Shown here in pieces: positions 1 to 11,747 of a DNA stretch of 64,000 nucleotides. The notes beneath the pieces were generated by a model that saw only the letters and a program-made list of their open reading frames with translations, was not told the DNA's origin and did not search any database. How positions within the stretch are numbered: position 1 is the stretch's first letter; each line of letters starts with the position of its first letter. Both the position numbers and the translations under genes were made by a program. Source of the DNA: Auanema rhodensis (lineage: Eukaryota > Animalia > Nematoda); contig OZ059899.1 in the NCBI GenBank assembly GCA_964057225.1, positions 12,028,001-12,092,000 of the forward strand, read 5' to 3'.

Positions 1-691
1 TTCAAATGATTCTGTTTTTTTTTGCAATGAATGAAGGTTTTTTTTTTCATTTGAAGAACTAGATGAAGCCAATAATGAAGTCATAGAGATATAAAGAATA
101 TTACTTGAAGAATATACATATGAAATATAATCAAATAAACATGAAAAAAGTTGCAGAATATTCTCATCTTATGATCATAAATGTTTTCTAATCTTTATTC
201 CCTAGAACTAATATATTCAAATAGATTGTCATTCATTCAAGTAATTTTACTATTACATCACCAGTTGTTCTAACAATTCTTGAATATCAGGCGATGAAAG
301 CGACATATGGCACACGAAAAAGCCTGACGTCATAAGTTGAATCAAGTAAACTATTTTAAAAATTTGTATTAAAACGTATCTTATTTCTTTAAATAACAGA
401 GAAACAAGAAAAATGTGGAATTATTGTTGAAAAGACTTCGTGAGATGCAATAATACCAAGATGTATCTGAGTGAAATGGTCAAAATAAACAGGAGATATA
501 GAGAATAGAGTCAGAAGACACTTCCGCGTGTTTAACTTGTTTTGTTAACGATACATACGATTTTAAACTTTTTTTTATGGATTTAAGAACTAATTAAGGC
601 ATTATTCAGCAGAAAAGTTGAATATAGGTAGTGGAACAATGGCATATAATAACAGATTGATCGTATAAATTATGATTATGAAAGATCTTAC

Positions 692-734
692 CTTGTCCTG
701 GTGGACGGTCCGGAGCAAACTGTACGGCCGGCAT
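692..734 (-). CDS. Candidate first coding exon (MPAVQFAPDRPPGQ) of an unidentified gene; downstream exons not identified in the window
   Basis: ATG at 734, 14 open codons plus 1 nt, then a strong donor AAG|GTAAGA at 691. GC-rich island in AT-rich DNA, next to TATA/CArG motifs. Confidence 0.45.
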
Positions 735-804
735 TCAGAAGCACGTTGAAACTGAATGTCCTCAGGGCACCGAATCAATTGAAGCGCACGCAACGACGCG
801 CCGC

Positions 805-829
805 GTCCGCCCCTTATTTGGCTATATAG
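805..829. promoter_or_regulatory. GC box + perfect CArG box (CCTTATTTGG, 812-821) abutting a palindromic TATA element (CTATATAG, 822-829)
   Basis: Matches CC(A/T)6GG exactly; GGGCGG on the minus strand; TCAGTT Inr-like motif ~25 nt downstream on the plus strand. Direction ambiguous. Confidence 0.5.
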
Positions 830-1648
830 TTTGAGAGCTCCAAGAGCTTTCAGTTTTTCGTCTGAATCTCTCCACTATGCCTGGCAGCCTCACTGTTTCA
901 GGCGTTTTCCATCCATCTGTTTCTCTACCTCTATTCCTCCTCATATCATATAATCTTCTGTCCTTTGCTTCAGAATCAGTCAAATGAGCTCCGCCCATGC
1001 TCAGTTAAGCACAAGATGAACCAGTTGCATGCGACATAGAGTTAGAGAAAACAAAGCAACAGAGGAAGAAAACCAAAAAATAGCAAAGTTCTCGTTCAGA
1101 ACATCACATTTCATAGAGTTCTCTTTTACTTTTTGCTTATAACGGATGAAAGCATTGAAACATTTGCATGTAGTTCCGACAAAACCTGCCTGAATTACAA
1201 ATAGTGTCGATGCCTTCTACTAAATATAGAAAATCGAACTAATTTGATGAATAAGGAGATATTAAGAGTCATTATCGCTTCTTATAAGTCAGAATATTAT
1301 GATTAGTATTAGCTAGATATAGAAAATCGACATAAGCAACTATAGACTTATAAAAGTTTATTCGGAAAGAAATTGAATTTTAAAAGTGAATACGAAAATT
1401 CAGATCAATATTTACGACTACTTACGTTGAAAGCTGATATAACAGATGAAGGAATAATGTAAAAATACAATATACATATTGAGGGACAAATAAATTACAC
1501 ATGCATAATGTCATGATCAACACGACTTGAAAGTTTTGAGAAAAATGAAAATTTTAACGAGTTTATGGCTAGATATAGAGTCATAACTGATGTACAGTAC
1601 CCTTTTGCCCATTTTAATACGAGAAAGGGCATATCTGATCGTCCTTCA

Positions 1649-2931
1649 TTAAAGTTCTGTGTGTGATATCTTATGCAGAGCATCTCCGTAATTCGTAGCT
1701 TCTGAACCAACAAAGAGCTTATGCTCATCCACAATTTCAGCAATACTCAATTTACCATCCTGTAAAAAATGTTTTTTTGAAATCCGGTAATAAAGAGATA
1801 ACATTTGGTGATTGAATTCATTATCAGCAGAATAAACAAACCTGGTTTTTATCAGCTCCATTAATGAGGTGATTAGCTTCTTGTTTAGCTACGGCTTTGA
1901 CATCAGGAATCAGCCATTTACGAACTTCTTCACCTTTCAAAACACCATCTGCGTTCTCGTCGTATTCAGCCATAAATCTTTAATTGGTAACAGATATGGC
2001 ATATCGCACAGAATCAATAAAATTACCTATTCTTTTCAACCGAATGCCATTCACTTTGAGGATTTTCTGCCATTTCTCCCAAGAATTCTTTGATATCTAT
2101 AGCCCCATCCTTATTCGTATCCTTCTCCCACATCGTAACCTAACAACCTAACGTCGTATTTTTTTAATATAAAAACACAAACCTCGACTAAAGTTTGATG
2201 CATATGAGCATAATTTTCTGGATTCAAAAAGGCAGCTAATTCTTCCCTACTCAATCTTCCATCCGTATTCACATCAGCTGCTATAATCAGGGATTTACAA
2301 CTCAATAACAATGAACAAAAATTTTCTTACCGTGGAAGTACTTCTTGTCCTCTTCTAGCAGTTCACGATCATCGGGGTCAAGATTGTTGAGATCTTGATC
2401 AGGGAATGAATCACTGATGTACTCCTTCCATGTTATCTTTAAAAAAACATAAAAATCAAAACAATATATTATAAACATACGAATTGATCTCCATCCGCGT
2501 CCATCTCACTCATTCTCTCTTCGACTTCTTCGTTGTCTAGGGTGAGCATAGAATGCTCAATCCAAGTTGTTAATTCAGATGAATCCGCAAATATAAAATA
2601 TGTGAAAAACAATAAACTAGTATCTTACCAACAAAACCATCTTTGTTAGCATCCATTTTATTAGCTATAACTTGTAGTCGTCGTTTTGCTTCCGATGGGG
2701 GAAGTTCATCAAATTCATCTGCACTTTTCTTTGATCCTAAGCATATTTAACTTTCTTATGCATATGTTTAATAACAAGAAGCAAACCTAAAACAGCTTGA
2801 TGGTCTGTATGATGATCAGCGTCCCCTTCATGATGCCGTTGAATACGTGATGCTGCACCGTCAATTTCGCGTTCTTTATCAGCATACACAGAACATAGTG
2901 CACATATAAAAAAGATTTTTGCCAGCAGCAT
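1649..2931 (-). CDS. CREC-family ER-lumenal multi-EF-hand protein (calumenin/reticulocalbin-like), 8 exons
   Basis: Signal peptide MLLAKIFFICALCSVYA; DHQAVLG..ADEFDELPPSEAKRRL; EF loops DANKDGFVD, DADGDQFIT, DVNTDGRLS, DTNKDGAID, DENADGVLK, DKNQDGKLS; C-terminal FVGSEATNYG...HTEL* (HDEL-like retention signal). Confidence 0.93.
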
Positions 2932-3213
2932 CCTATTCTAGCTGGATGGCTTAACTATACGAAAATAAATAAAATTAACAAGATTGAATCGAATTTCAAT
3001 GAGTGAGTTAATTCAAGCCAACTGGTAAAATCAGCTTTTGAGATGCACTGTTTTTACGCATAACCATGCGGCAAATAAACTTGCTGTTTGTACGAGAGGC
3101 GGACCGAAAATCGGGTTGTGCGCTTGCTTATGAGCGCAGTGTATTTAATTCCTTTTTATTATTTACAAAATCTTTTTGTAATATTTGTTCATTACTCTAT
3201 TATCTTCAGCTTT

Positions 3214-6200
3214 ATGGCTTCGGGTGTTGCCATGGAGGGACCGCTGTCTAAATGGACCAATATGGTTCATGGATGGCAGTATCGATGGTTCCGGTTGGTG
3301 GATGACTCGTTGATTTATTTCACAACCCGTGAAAAGATGCTTAAAGGCCAGCAAAGAGGTATTAACCTAGCCTAAAAAATGTAAAATTAGTTATAATGAT
3401 TAAGGATGTATGCGTCTAGTAGGCGCTATCGTCGGAATCGACGGTGAAAATAACGCTCTTTTTACGGTTTCAGTTGAAGGAAAAATATTTCATTTACAGG
3501 TTAGTTAATGATTTGGTTATAATTTTTCTTGGCTTTTAATCGATTTGAGACAATTGTCCGCATGGCTGTCTCGTTTCAAGTTTTTCCCTTTATCGATGTA
3601 GCCATCTTCTGATTGGGTTGGTTGCGGGCTAAGCATGGATATTTTGGCTAATATATGTTAGTAGAAAGTTGCCCCGGGTTGAAAGCTTTACTTTCCCAAT
3701 ATGTCATGTTATTACAATATACTAATAATAACATAATGTTGTTTGATTTTTGGAACGATATAATTAACTATCTAAAGGTATTTTTTCGTTACTTCCGTAG
3801 TCTTGCGCTCATCTTTCGTCGGCAAGAAATTAGGTTATCGACTGGTCATCTAAGAAGTATCATGTGTGCCTTTTCTTCTTGGAAAAAATGTATTTGCTAG
3901 TAAAAGGACAACATTTTTGCTTTTGTATGTCGTGTATTATGTTGTATCGTCATACAATATTGCTAATATGTTTTGAAGTTTTTGTTTAACAATCTGTTAG
4001 TCAATATGTGTGTCCATGTCTTTATCTTTTTGTCTCTTTTATTGTTGAGCTTTATATATCATTGAAGCTTTTAAAGCTGCAAATTCTCTTTCATCTCCTC
4101 CCGTATGTATTTTTTCTTTTCTTGTGATCTGCTTGTTGATATCGTATGTGAGTATTTGCATTCTTTTCTTCATTTGGTTCCGGAAACTGGTTTTCGCTAT
4201 TTTATCTTGTATTTTCTTCATTTTTCTTAACCTTCTGTTGTTTAGTTGTATTTTTGGTCCAGTCTTACGTGCGTGTTATGGCTTTTACTCATGATTGAGG
4301 ATTTTCAAGCATGCCTTGTTTCCAACGAACAGATAGAAAATGGATTAGGGTTTGACCTTTGATATCCCTCTTTCATATTTAGTGAAGTAGCTTGATAGGG
4401 ACCAAAGGGAATAGTTCCTCTGCCCCATATCCTTATAAACCATTTGATGTTATGATCTTTCGTTAAAGTTTAATTCTTCCTTTTTAGGGTAGAGATGAAC
4501 GAGAAAGGAACCAGTGGGTTCGTGCTCTAGAAGTAGTAATTCGTGGCTGTGGTGGCTACAAGAAAGGCGCTTTAAAGTCAAAAGAAACGACCATAGATGG
4601 CCTTAAGGCCAAAATAGTAGAAGCTGATCAACATGTTAACAATATAATCCTTCAGGTAAGACCTTATTTTCTAAGTACTTAAGGATTTTCTTTCTTATTT
4701 TTTTTGTGTTTATATATCTTTGTTTTCTTTTCATATATTTTTTTATTAGTAATAGTGAAGGCGCACTAAGTCATTTTAAAATATGCTCGTTGACTTTGTT
4801 CTCTACGATCTTGAGCTGAATCAGAACATATAGAGGTGTTGTGAAAGTAATCGCGTGATCATGCTTTTCGCTCCCCTCTTGTCGATTTATACCACGTAGT
4901 TTTGATAAATTGCCAAGCTATTGTTAGTTTGCGTCTTCGTGATTGTTTCACACACTGTTTGTGCTGAAGTTCGTCGTCTTCTTTTTCTTTCACTATTCTT
5001 TCAATAATCAGCACTAAGTTTACTGTTTTCCTTCCATACTTCTCTCATGACTTACTCCGATTCTACTGTTACGCAGCGTTGTTACTTTCATTTTCTCTTT
5101 AACCTCTCTCTTCAGCCTTCTCTCACATTGCTTAACAATTTTCTTACTTTCTACGCGTTTTCAAGATAATTGTCGCTTTTCCTTTTTGTTTGCCCTTTCT
5201 CTCAGTAGAGAAAAAAATCACGTTGAATTCTAGGTGAAATTGCTCTGACAATTGCGGTCATTATTGATTCTGTTCTGATCTTTCATATTTCGCATTTCCC
5301 ATCAACATATGAATCATATCGGGTCCCGTTCATCACTGTTAAGACATTTCGCTTTCGATTATTATATTCATATCATTCCATTCAGCCGTTTCTCTCATCA
5401 TACATCAGATATTCAAAATATTTTCGTTCGAAGGTTTTTTATTCCCTAATCTAATGTCTGTGGCATTAGATAACATGGAAAAAGAGATGAACATGTGATA
5501 AAATGTACGGAACTATGCAGTGAGATAGTATTTTCTCACTCACTTTCCAATGTTTTTTTTTTGGTAACTTTGTTTCATCTCAATTCACCGAGTGTTCACT
5601 TTCCTATTGGATCAGATAGTCATTGTTTCTCTTCGTTGTCCTCTCCTTGTTCTTGTTCTTGTTCTTCTTTTCCTTCTGAGCTGGAATCATCTGTCTTCTC
5701 TTCTATCTTTACCTTTCCATGACTAATGTGTTTCCCTGTGGTATGGAAAGTGAGAAAGAGAGGAACCCAAACAGAATAGCAGAGAGTCTTATCTCACTGA
5801 GTTGAACACGCGATCTTGGCATTTGAACCGGAAACGCATTCTATACTTGCTTACGTTTGAAGTATTACTAAGTTCACTCCATATTCGACTATATCGTGAG
5901 TATTTAATCAATCTTGACTCTTAACGATGTTATGTCTTTAATGTATTTGTTTTGAAATTGTGTTGATATAATCTCAAACAGTTCTAAAGCTTCAACTTGA
6001 AGTTTCTCTCTGGTTCTCCTCTTATATTTTCTTTTTTTTTGGTTTATATTTAGAATTTCTCTAGTCAATACATATATTAGAATTGTTAATACATCAATTA
6101 GTTTCATATGCCGTATATGTCATTCAACTTGTTAGGGTCTTGTTTAACATTCAATATTATGTCAAATGTTCATTTCATCGAACTTCGAAAAACTTAAATA

Positions 6201-8676
6201 TTTAGGTCAAAGGCTTAGAATCATTAAAAGCACAAGCAACGGAAAAGGAACGGAAAAATATCGAGGATCTCATTAATTCAAGCAATCAATTGTTGAATAC
6301 AGTTAAACACGCAATTATTCTTTTGCAGGTTTGTTGCGTTTCCTTTTCCAATTTTCCTACTCAAAAATTCATTTTTTTTTCTTAGCTAAAATAACGATTT
6401 ACTCTTACAGATGGCTCGAAACAAGATCGATATTCCCGAAGAGATGCAAAAGGAAGATAAAGAAAACCATGGTTTCACTTCTACCGATGGACCTATAACT
6501 CCTAAGGTTTGTTAAATGTTCAAGTTTTTTCAAAAATTTATGTTTTATTCTTTTATCCAAATCCTACAGTTGTCTGTTTACACTGATAAGACTGACTGAT
6601 GTTGAAATGTTTTCTTCTTATAAGTACAACTGCGCTTTTCAGACTCTTCAAACGGTACCTGATGCTCAATTAGCAACTACATCAAATGGGCTAAATGGAT
6701 CTGATCAAGATGCTACTCCTTTAGGTCCAGCTCCCATTAATTATTCTAGGTAAGAAACTATTTCTGTTTTTTTCTTTTCTATTGTTACTAGTACTTCATT
6801 GTTTTACTTTCCAGTGATGATGATGAGTTTTATGATGCAGACGAAGACTTGTTAGATCTTGATAATATAAATGAGCACGGACAAGACGGAAATGATTCTA
6901 TTGCACCACCCAAAGTTGTATCTTTCGAAGAAGTAAGCTTTTCATTATTTTTCAAAGAAAATTGGGACGACGCGTGATGATTGATCTTATTCTCTCGTTA
7001 TCAAATAATTAAACTGGTTGTTTTATGCTTCGAAATAGTTTGAGATTTTAACTCTAGCAACGCAAATGACGTCATCGAGAAAACAAAAAATGACCAAACA
7101 AAAAAACAAACTTCAGGAGGAAAACTTTGATTTTGGCGATGCTGACGAAGATTTTGATGAAATTTATAACAATGCTGAAGAGCATGACATTGGAAACGTT
7201 CAACAGGAACACGGAAGTGTGTTAGTTCATCTTCTAAGTCAAGTAAGCCTTCATTTTGTTTCTGACAACTTGTTTCTTCTTTAGGTTAGCGTTGGAATGG
7301 ATTTAACGAAAGTCACCCTTCCAACATTCATTCTAGAACGGCGATCATTGTTAGAGATGTACGCCGATTTCTTTGCTCATCCCGATGCTTTCGTGTCCAC
7401 CGTTGGTCTTGATACACCTGAAAAAAGATTTATGTATGGGGTTTTGATTCATTAAGAGATTTTATCTTTTTTTTTGTATAGTTCGGTTGTTAGATATTAT
7501 TTGAACGCCTTTTACGCTGCCCGTAAAAGTGGAGTGGCCAAAAAGCCATACAATCCGATTTTGGGAGAAACGTTTAGATGCAGGTAGATATTTCACTCTT
7601 TTGAGACTTTAATCTTGTTCGTTAAGATATAATGTTCCTGGATTGCCATTGAGTGGGAAAAAAACTGAATCCGGACCATTCCCAGGATCAGACATTAACC
7701 AACTTACATTCTTAGCGGAACAAGTATGATTAATTCTCTAATATATCAAATGAATTGAGTATGATATTATAGGTCAGCCATCATCCACCTATTTCCGCAT
7801 TTTATGCTGAGCATCCAGAAAAGAAAGTATCCTTTAACGCTCATATTTATACTAAATCTTCTTTTCTTGGCTTGTCTATTGGTAAGAAATTCATAATGTT
7901 TCAAATATTTTAAAAATGCTATTATAGGTGTGGCCAATATTGGTAGTGGAACTGTTACTTTACATGAATATAATGAAAACTATACTGTAACTTTCCCAAG
8001 TGGCTATGGTAGATCAATCATGAGCACACCATGGGTTGAATTAGGAGGCAAAGTGAAAATTGTTTGCGAAGAAACTGGCTACTATGCTGATATTGAGTTC
8101 TTGACGAAACCTTTCTTTGGAGGAAAACCTCACAAAGTTCAAGGCAGTGTTTTCAAGTAAACATACTATTTTACTTTTTTTTTGTTTTACTTACTCTTGA
8201 ATGAATTATAGGAAGGATAGTAAGAAAGCTGTGCTGACTATAAAAGGAGAATGGAATGGAGTGATGACTGCTAAGCCCGCTAATGGAGATGAGTATGTGT
8301 TCATCGATGTGAAAGCTGAGAAGGAAATGAAGAAAGAGTGTGAACCCGTTATGCAACAGGGAGAGCGTGAAAGTAGAAGGTAAAGTTCTTTAGGAAATGA
8401 ACCCAAAATTCATCGTTAATTCATTTTTCTAGATTATGGAGGCACGTTACTGCAGCCTTGCTCAGAAATAGAATTCACATTGCTACAACTGCTAAGAGAA
8501 TGATCGAACAACGACAAAGAGCCGAGGCTAAGGAAAGATTGGAAAAGGGCGAAAAATGGAATACCCATTACTTCACGCTTGATGCTGATGACAGGTATTC
8601 ATAAAACTAATTTTTCATTTTAAGTCTATGTGCTTTCAGATGGACTTATGATAATCCTCTTAAAAATCGGTTGTAA
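3214..8676 (+). CDS. obr-4: Oxysterol-binding protein-related protein, ORP9/OSBPL9 class (PH + FFAT + ORD), ~17 exons
   Basis: N-terminal [20 protein letters not shown] (ORP9-type PH domain); FFAT motif EFYDADE at ~6825-6845; ORD motifs [34 protein letters not shown] and the EQVSHHPP signature; TTCAG acceptor 4 nt before the ATG; stop TAA at 8674-8676. Confidence 0.93.
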
Positions 8677-9325
8677 AGCTTTGCATTGGCAGACCTTCTT
8701 CAGTGTACTTGCTATAGCTTTTATAAATCTCAATTATCTTGTAGAATATTCTAGCGGTTTGTCATCGTTTTTTCATCAATTTGGCTATCCTCTTTCTTTT
8801 TCCTCTTTCTGGTCTATGTACATTATCTAGGCTCATTGTGCTTGTTGTGAAGCGGGAAATGCGCTTTTCTGTTTATTGCATAGGAAGCTTAATCAACGTT
8901 TGTGAATTTTTTTTGACCTACCTGGAGCTCAGATAAACTTCTTTTACCCACTTCTAACCAATCGATAATCCGTTTTCATACTCTTATTTAGTGCATAGTT
9001 GAATTCTACTTTTTTAAATTTTCCTTATTGTTATATTATTTAAAACATTCTAATTAATCGACGAAGTGGTTAAGAATGTTATTATATTACTTTTTGAGCC
9101 ATTGTAATTCCCTTTTGTGTTAAAATACCTGTGATTTCTACGTCTCCTTTTTCAAAGTATATATATATCGAAATTATTTATATATATATCTATATCTAAT
9201 AACCCGTTTAAAGAGTTTCAATAAAGATTTACTATTTCAAAACTGAATTAGTTGAGGTTTGCCCCCACACATGTTATTTCTTCAAAATCCTTGTTTGTTT
9301 GGCTCAACTCTCAGAATTCTAGGAT

Positions 9326-9776
9326 ATGCGTAGAGACTTTACAGTTCAAGTGTTTAGTTCTGAAATCTTTGGTTATATTCTAGAACTAGAGGAATGTCTG
9401 TGGATTTGGGTTGGAAATGGGTCAGTCAATCATCCTAATAGCGAACAGTTTCATTGAAATTTTCTTTTCAAATTTAGAAATATAGCAGGATTATCATTAT
9501 CATTTTACCCTCGATCAACAATGCTAACGAATGTCGGAGATTCATATAATATTCATGTTAAATCATTATCCACTCGTATATCAAGGATATTTAAAGATAA
9601 ACAAGTACATACCCTGAGAGCTATCTTGTAGGAAAATGTTGTTTTAGGTTTTCTTTTCTACTGACTTGGATTCTGAAGAACCGCAGTTTTGGAATGAATT
9701 GTTTTTAGTTTTAACTTCAGAATTGGAGAAAGTAACTCTTACGGGGAAAATGGCAGCTTTAAAAGTAGCTGCTTAA
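9326..9776 (+). CDS. Proteasome assembly chaperone 4 (PSMG4/PAC4)-like, 3 exons (missed by the ORF track)
   Basis: Manual splice gives MRRDFTVQVFSSEIFGYILELEECLWIWVGNG-NIAGLSLSF...STMLTN...SLSTRISRIFKDKQ-VFFSTDL...VAA*. Pattern resembles the PAC4 'LFLWVG..L...STSLL...LAQRLA..KQVFVS' motif (from memory, not searched). Confidence 0.72.
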
Positions 9777-9901
9777 CAACTTTTTACATTTTGTAATAAA
9801 GTATATCAAGATTCACATCATTTATTTGTTTGACTTATGGTTTTCCGCCAAAATGCTTGAAAGCTTTTAATCTGTATTGACCGTTGAAGTCGGATTTATA
9901 G

Positions 9902-10266
9902 ATGCTACGCTGCATTGCCCGTAAAAATTTTACTAGCACATTCAGAGCTTTGAGCAATGCTGCTGATAAGCCAAGAAAAGGCAAAGAACAGATAATGATT
10001 GAAAAAACTCCAAAAGGAAAATTAGAAGAAGCCGTACGAAAAGATGCATCTTTATCAAATAAATTACATACATTTATAGGAAAAACCTTATGAAGATCCC
10101 TTCCTGAAAAAACACCCTGGGGGTATTAATCAGAAAACTGGAGAGGTTGAAGAGTTGCATCTCTTTCAAGTTCTTCAAATTTATTATTTAGGTTGGTGGT
10201 CCAGCTGGACCAGAACCTACCCGTTTTGGGGACTGGGAAAGAAAAGGACGCGTATCAGATTTTTAA
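9902..10266 (+). CDS. SDHAF4: Succinate dehydrogenase assembly factor 4 (SDHAF4/Sdh8), 3 exons
   Basis: Arg/Ser-rich mitochondrial presequence MLRCIARKNFTSTFRALS; diagnostic C-terminus [31 protein letters not shown]. Confidence 0.95.
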
Positions 10267-10386
10267 ATAATAATTTAATAAATATAGTTTTGTTTATTGT
10301 TCTGCCTTTTCTTTATTACATAGTTTGGAAACTATTATAATATTTCTTCATTTCTTGATTACATTTTCATTATTTTAATTAAGAAA

Positions 10387-11747
10387 ATGAATAATTCTTG
10401 TGGAGAGACTCAAGTTGCTGATCCAAAAGCAAAGATATATTCAAATTTGACTGACTTATCATCTTTACATTTCCAACATCTTTCTCAACTACCTGATGTC
10501 CATGTTAGTCATTTTTGGAATTTTATATCAAATTTGAGGCTTTTCCAGAAATTTTTGGAATTGAATCCGGACTTTGTCAAAGTTATTGATATTTTCTCGT
10601 TCGGAACAATTTCTGATTGGCCAGAAAACGTAATACCAATTGTCTAGTAATTTCCTGATTTTATTTTCTTATACAGATGGAATTAGACTCTAAATTGATG
10701 TACAAACTTCAACAACTTTCATTGATAACTTATGCTACATTGGAGAAGGAATTGCAATATTCAAAGCTTCTCGAACTGTAAGTTGCATACAAAACCTTTT
10801 TTTGTCAAAAAATGTTCTTATTTTCTTTTAAACAAATGAGAATCAAAATGTAAAAAGTTTCTGGAGATATGGGGAATTGAACCCCAGCCCTCTCCCATGC
10901 TAAGGGAGCGCTCTACCACTGAGCTATATCCCCAACGAATACGTTGTTCTTTTAGTTTGCGACTTTCATCTGTTCGGGAATTGGAAGACCTAGTCATTGA
11001 CACTGTATATGCTGACTTAATCAAAGCTAGAATGGATTCAAAACGTCAAGTTGTTCAAGTAAGTTAAAGTTTAGTTAGTTAAGTTTTTTGAGTTAAGTTA
11101 GAGGCTAAGAAGTTGTAAGAGTTTTACTTTGTCTACTACTTAGATAAATAGGAATACGACTAGTTATTATAATAAATAGTTTCGTGTTTACATTGCTACT
11201 TTTACATTAAAGAATGAATTTGCTTTTAAGATTATTGACTGGACTCCACGCGATGCAAAGAAAGAACAAATTCCGGAATTGATTACATTACTCCATGAAT
11301 GGCTTGCAAACGCTGAGCAGGTCCAGAAAAAGAGCAGTGAATTCTGTGAAGAGTATGTTTGTTTGCGATGTTTAAGCAATAGTTTCGTAGATAATTCGAC
11401 AGTATTGAACAAAATTGATTTTAAAAAAAATTGTTGCAGAGAAGACATCAGAATCGACCGAGAGTGTAGAGAACGAATGCTTGCTGAGAAGCAAGTAGTG
11501 GATTTGACTTCGGTGAGTGTTTTGTATAAAAAGGAATTGAACATAGAAAAACATGCACACATTGCAGTTATTGGAACAGCACTATAGACGAGAACTATCT
11601 TATGAAAGAACTTCACTGCCTCCTGGACAAGCAGGGCTCAATATTGCCAGCAGTAGCCTCATTGCTCCAGGACCTGGACCAGGACCTGGACCAAGTAGTA
11701 CAAGAAGAGCAACACGATCTTCTCGTTCAGGCAATCCACATGACTAA
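10387..11747 (+). CDS. COP9 signalosome subunit 7-like PCI protein, 7 exons
   Basis: Spliced: ..IDIFSFGT..KLQQLSLIT..LQYSKLLEL-LRLSSVRELEDLVIDTVYADLIKARMDSKRQVVQ-IIDWTPRD..LITLLHEW. Matches the CSN7 motif '[26 protein letters not shown]..LQEW'. Confidence 0.8.
10862..10933 (-). tRNA. tRNA-Ala (AGC), 72 nt, antisense within intron 10778-10955 of the CSN7-like gene
   Basis: GGGGATATAGCTCAGTGGTAGAGCGCTCCCTTAGCATGGGAGAGGGCTGGGGTTCAATTCCCCATATCTCCA: A box, B box, anticodon stem CTCCC/GGGAG around loop TTAGCAT, T-run terminator downstream. Confidence 0.97.

Larger units (their letters stand above)
3214..11747 (+). other. Probable trans-spliced operon: obr-4 > PSMG4-like > SDHAF4 > CSN7-like
   Basis: Same strand. 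AATAAA at 9220, 9795 and 10277 each lies ~90-105 nt upstream of an AG acceptor just before the next ATG (9314/9322, 9901, ~10383), the typical SL2 operon spacing. Confidence 0.72.

Noticed and set aside
685-790. U1 snRNA-like start (ATCTTACCT) followed by GC-rich, structured sequence
   Set aside because: No U1 stem-loop or Sm-site match; better explained as the reverse complement of a 5' splice donor.
11060-11110. GTTA/GTTAA-like short repeats, possible telomere-like seed
   Set aside because: Degenerate, short, intronic, and not a TTAGGC array.
11188-11616. 142-aa minus-strand ORF
   Set aside because: Antisense shadow of CSN7-like exons and introns; no independent support.
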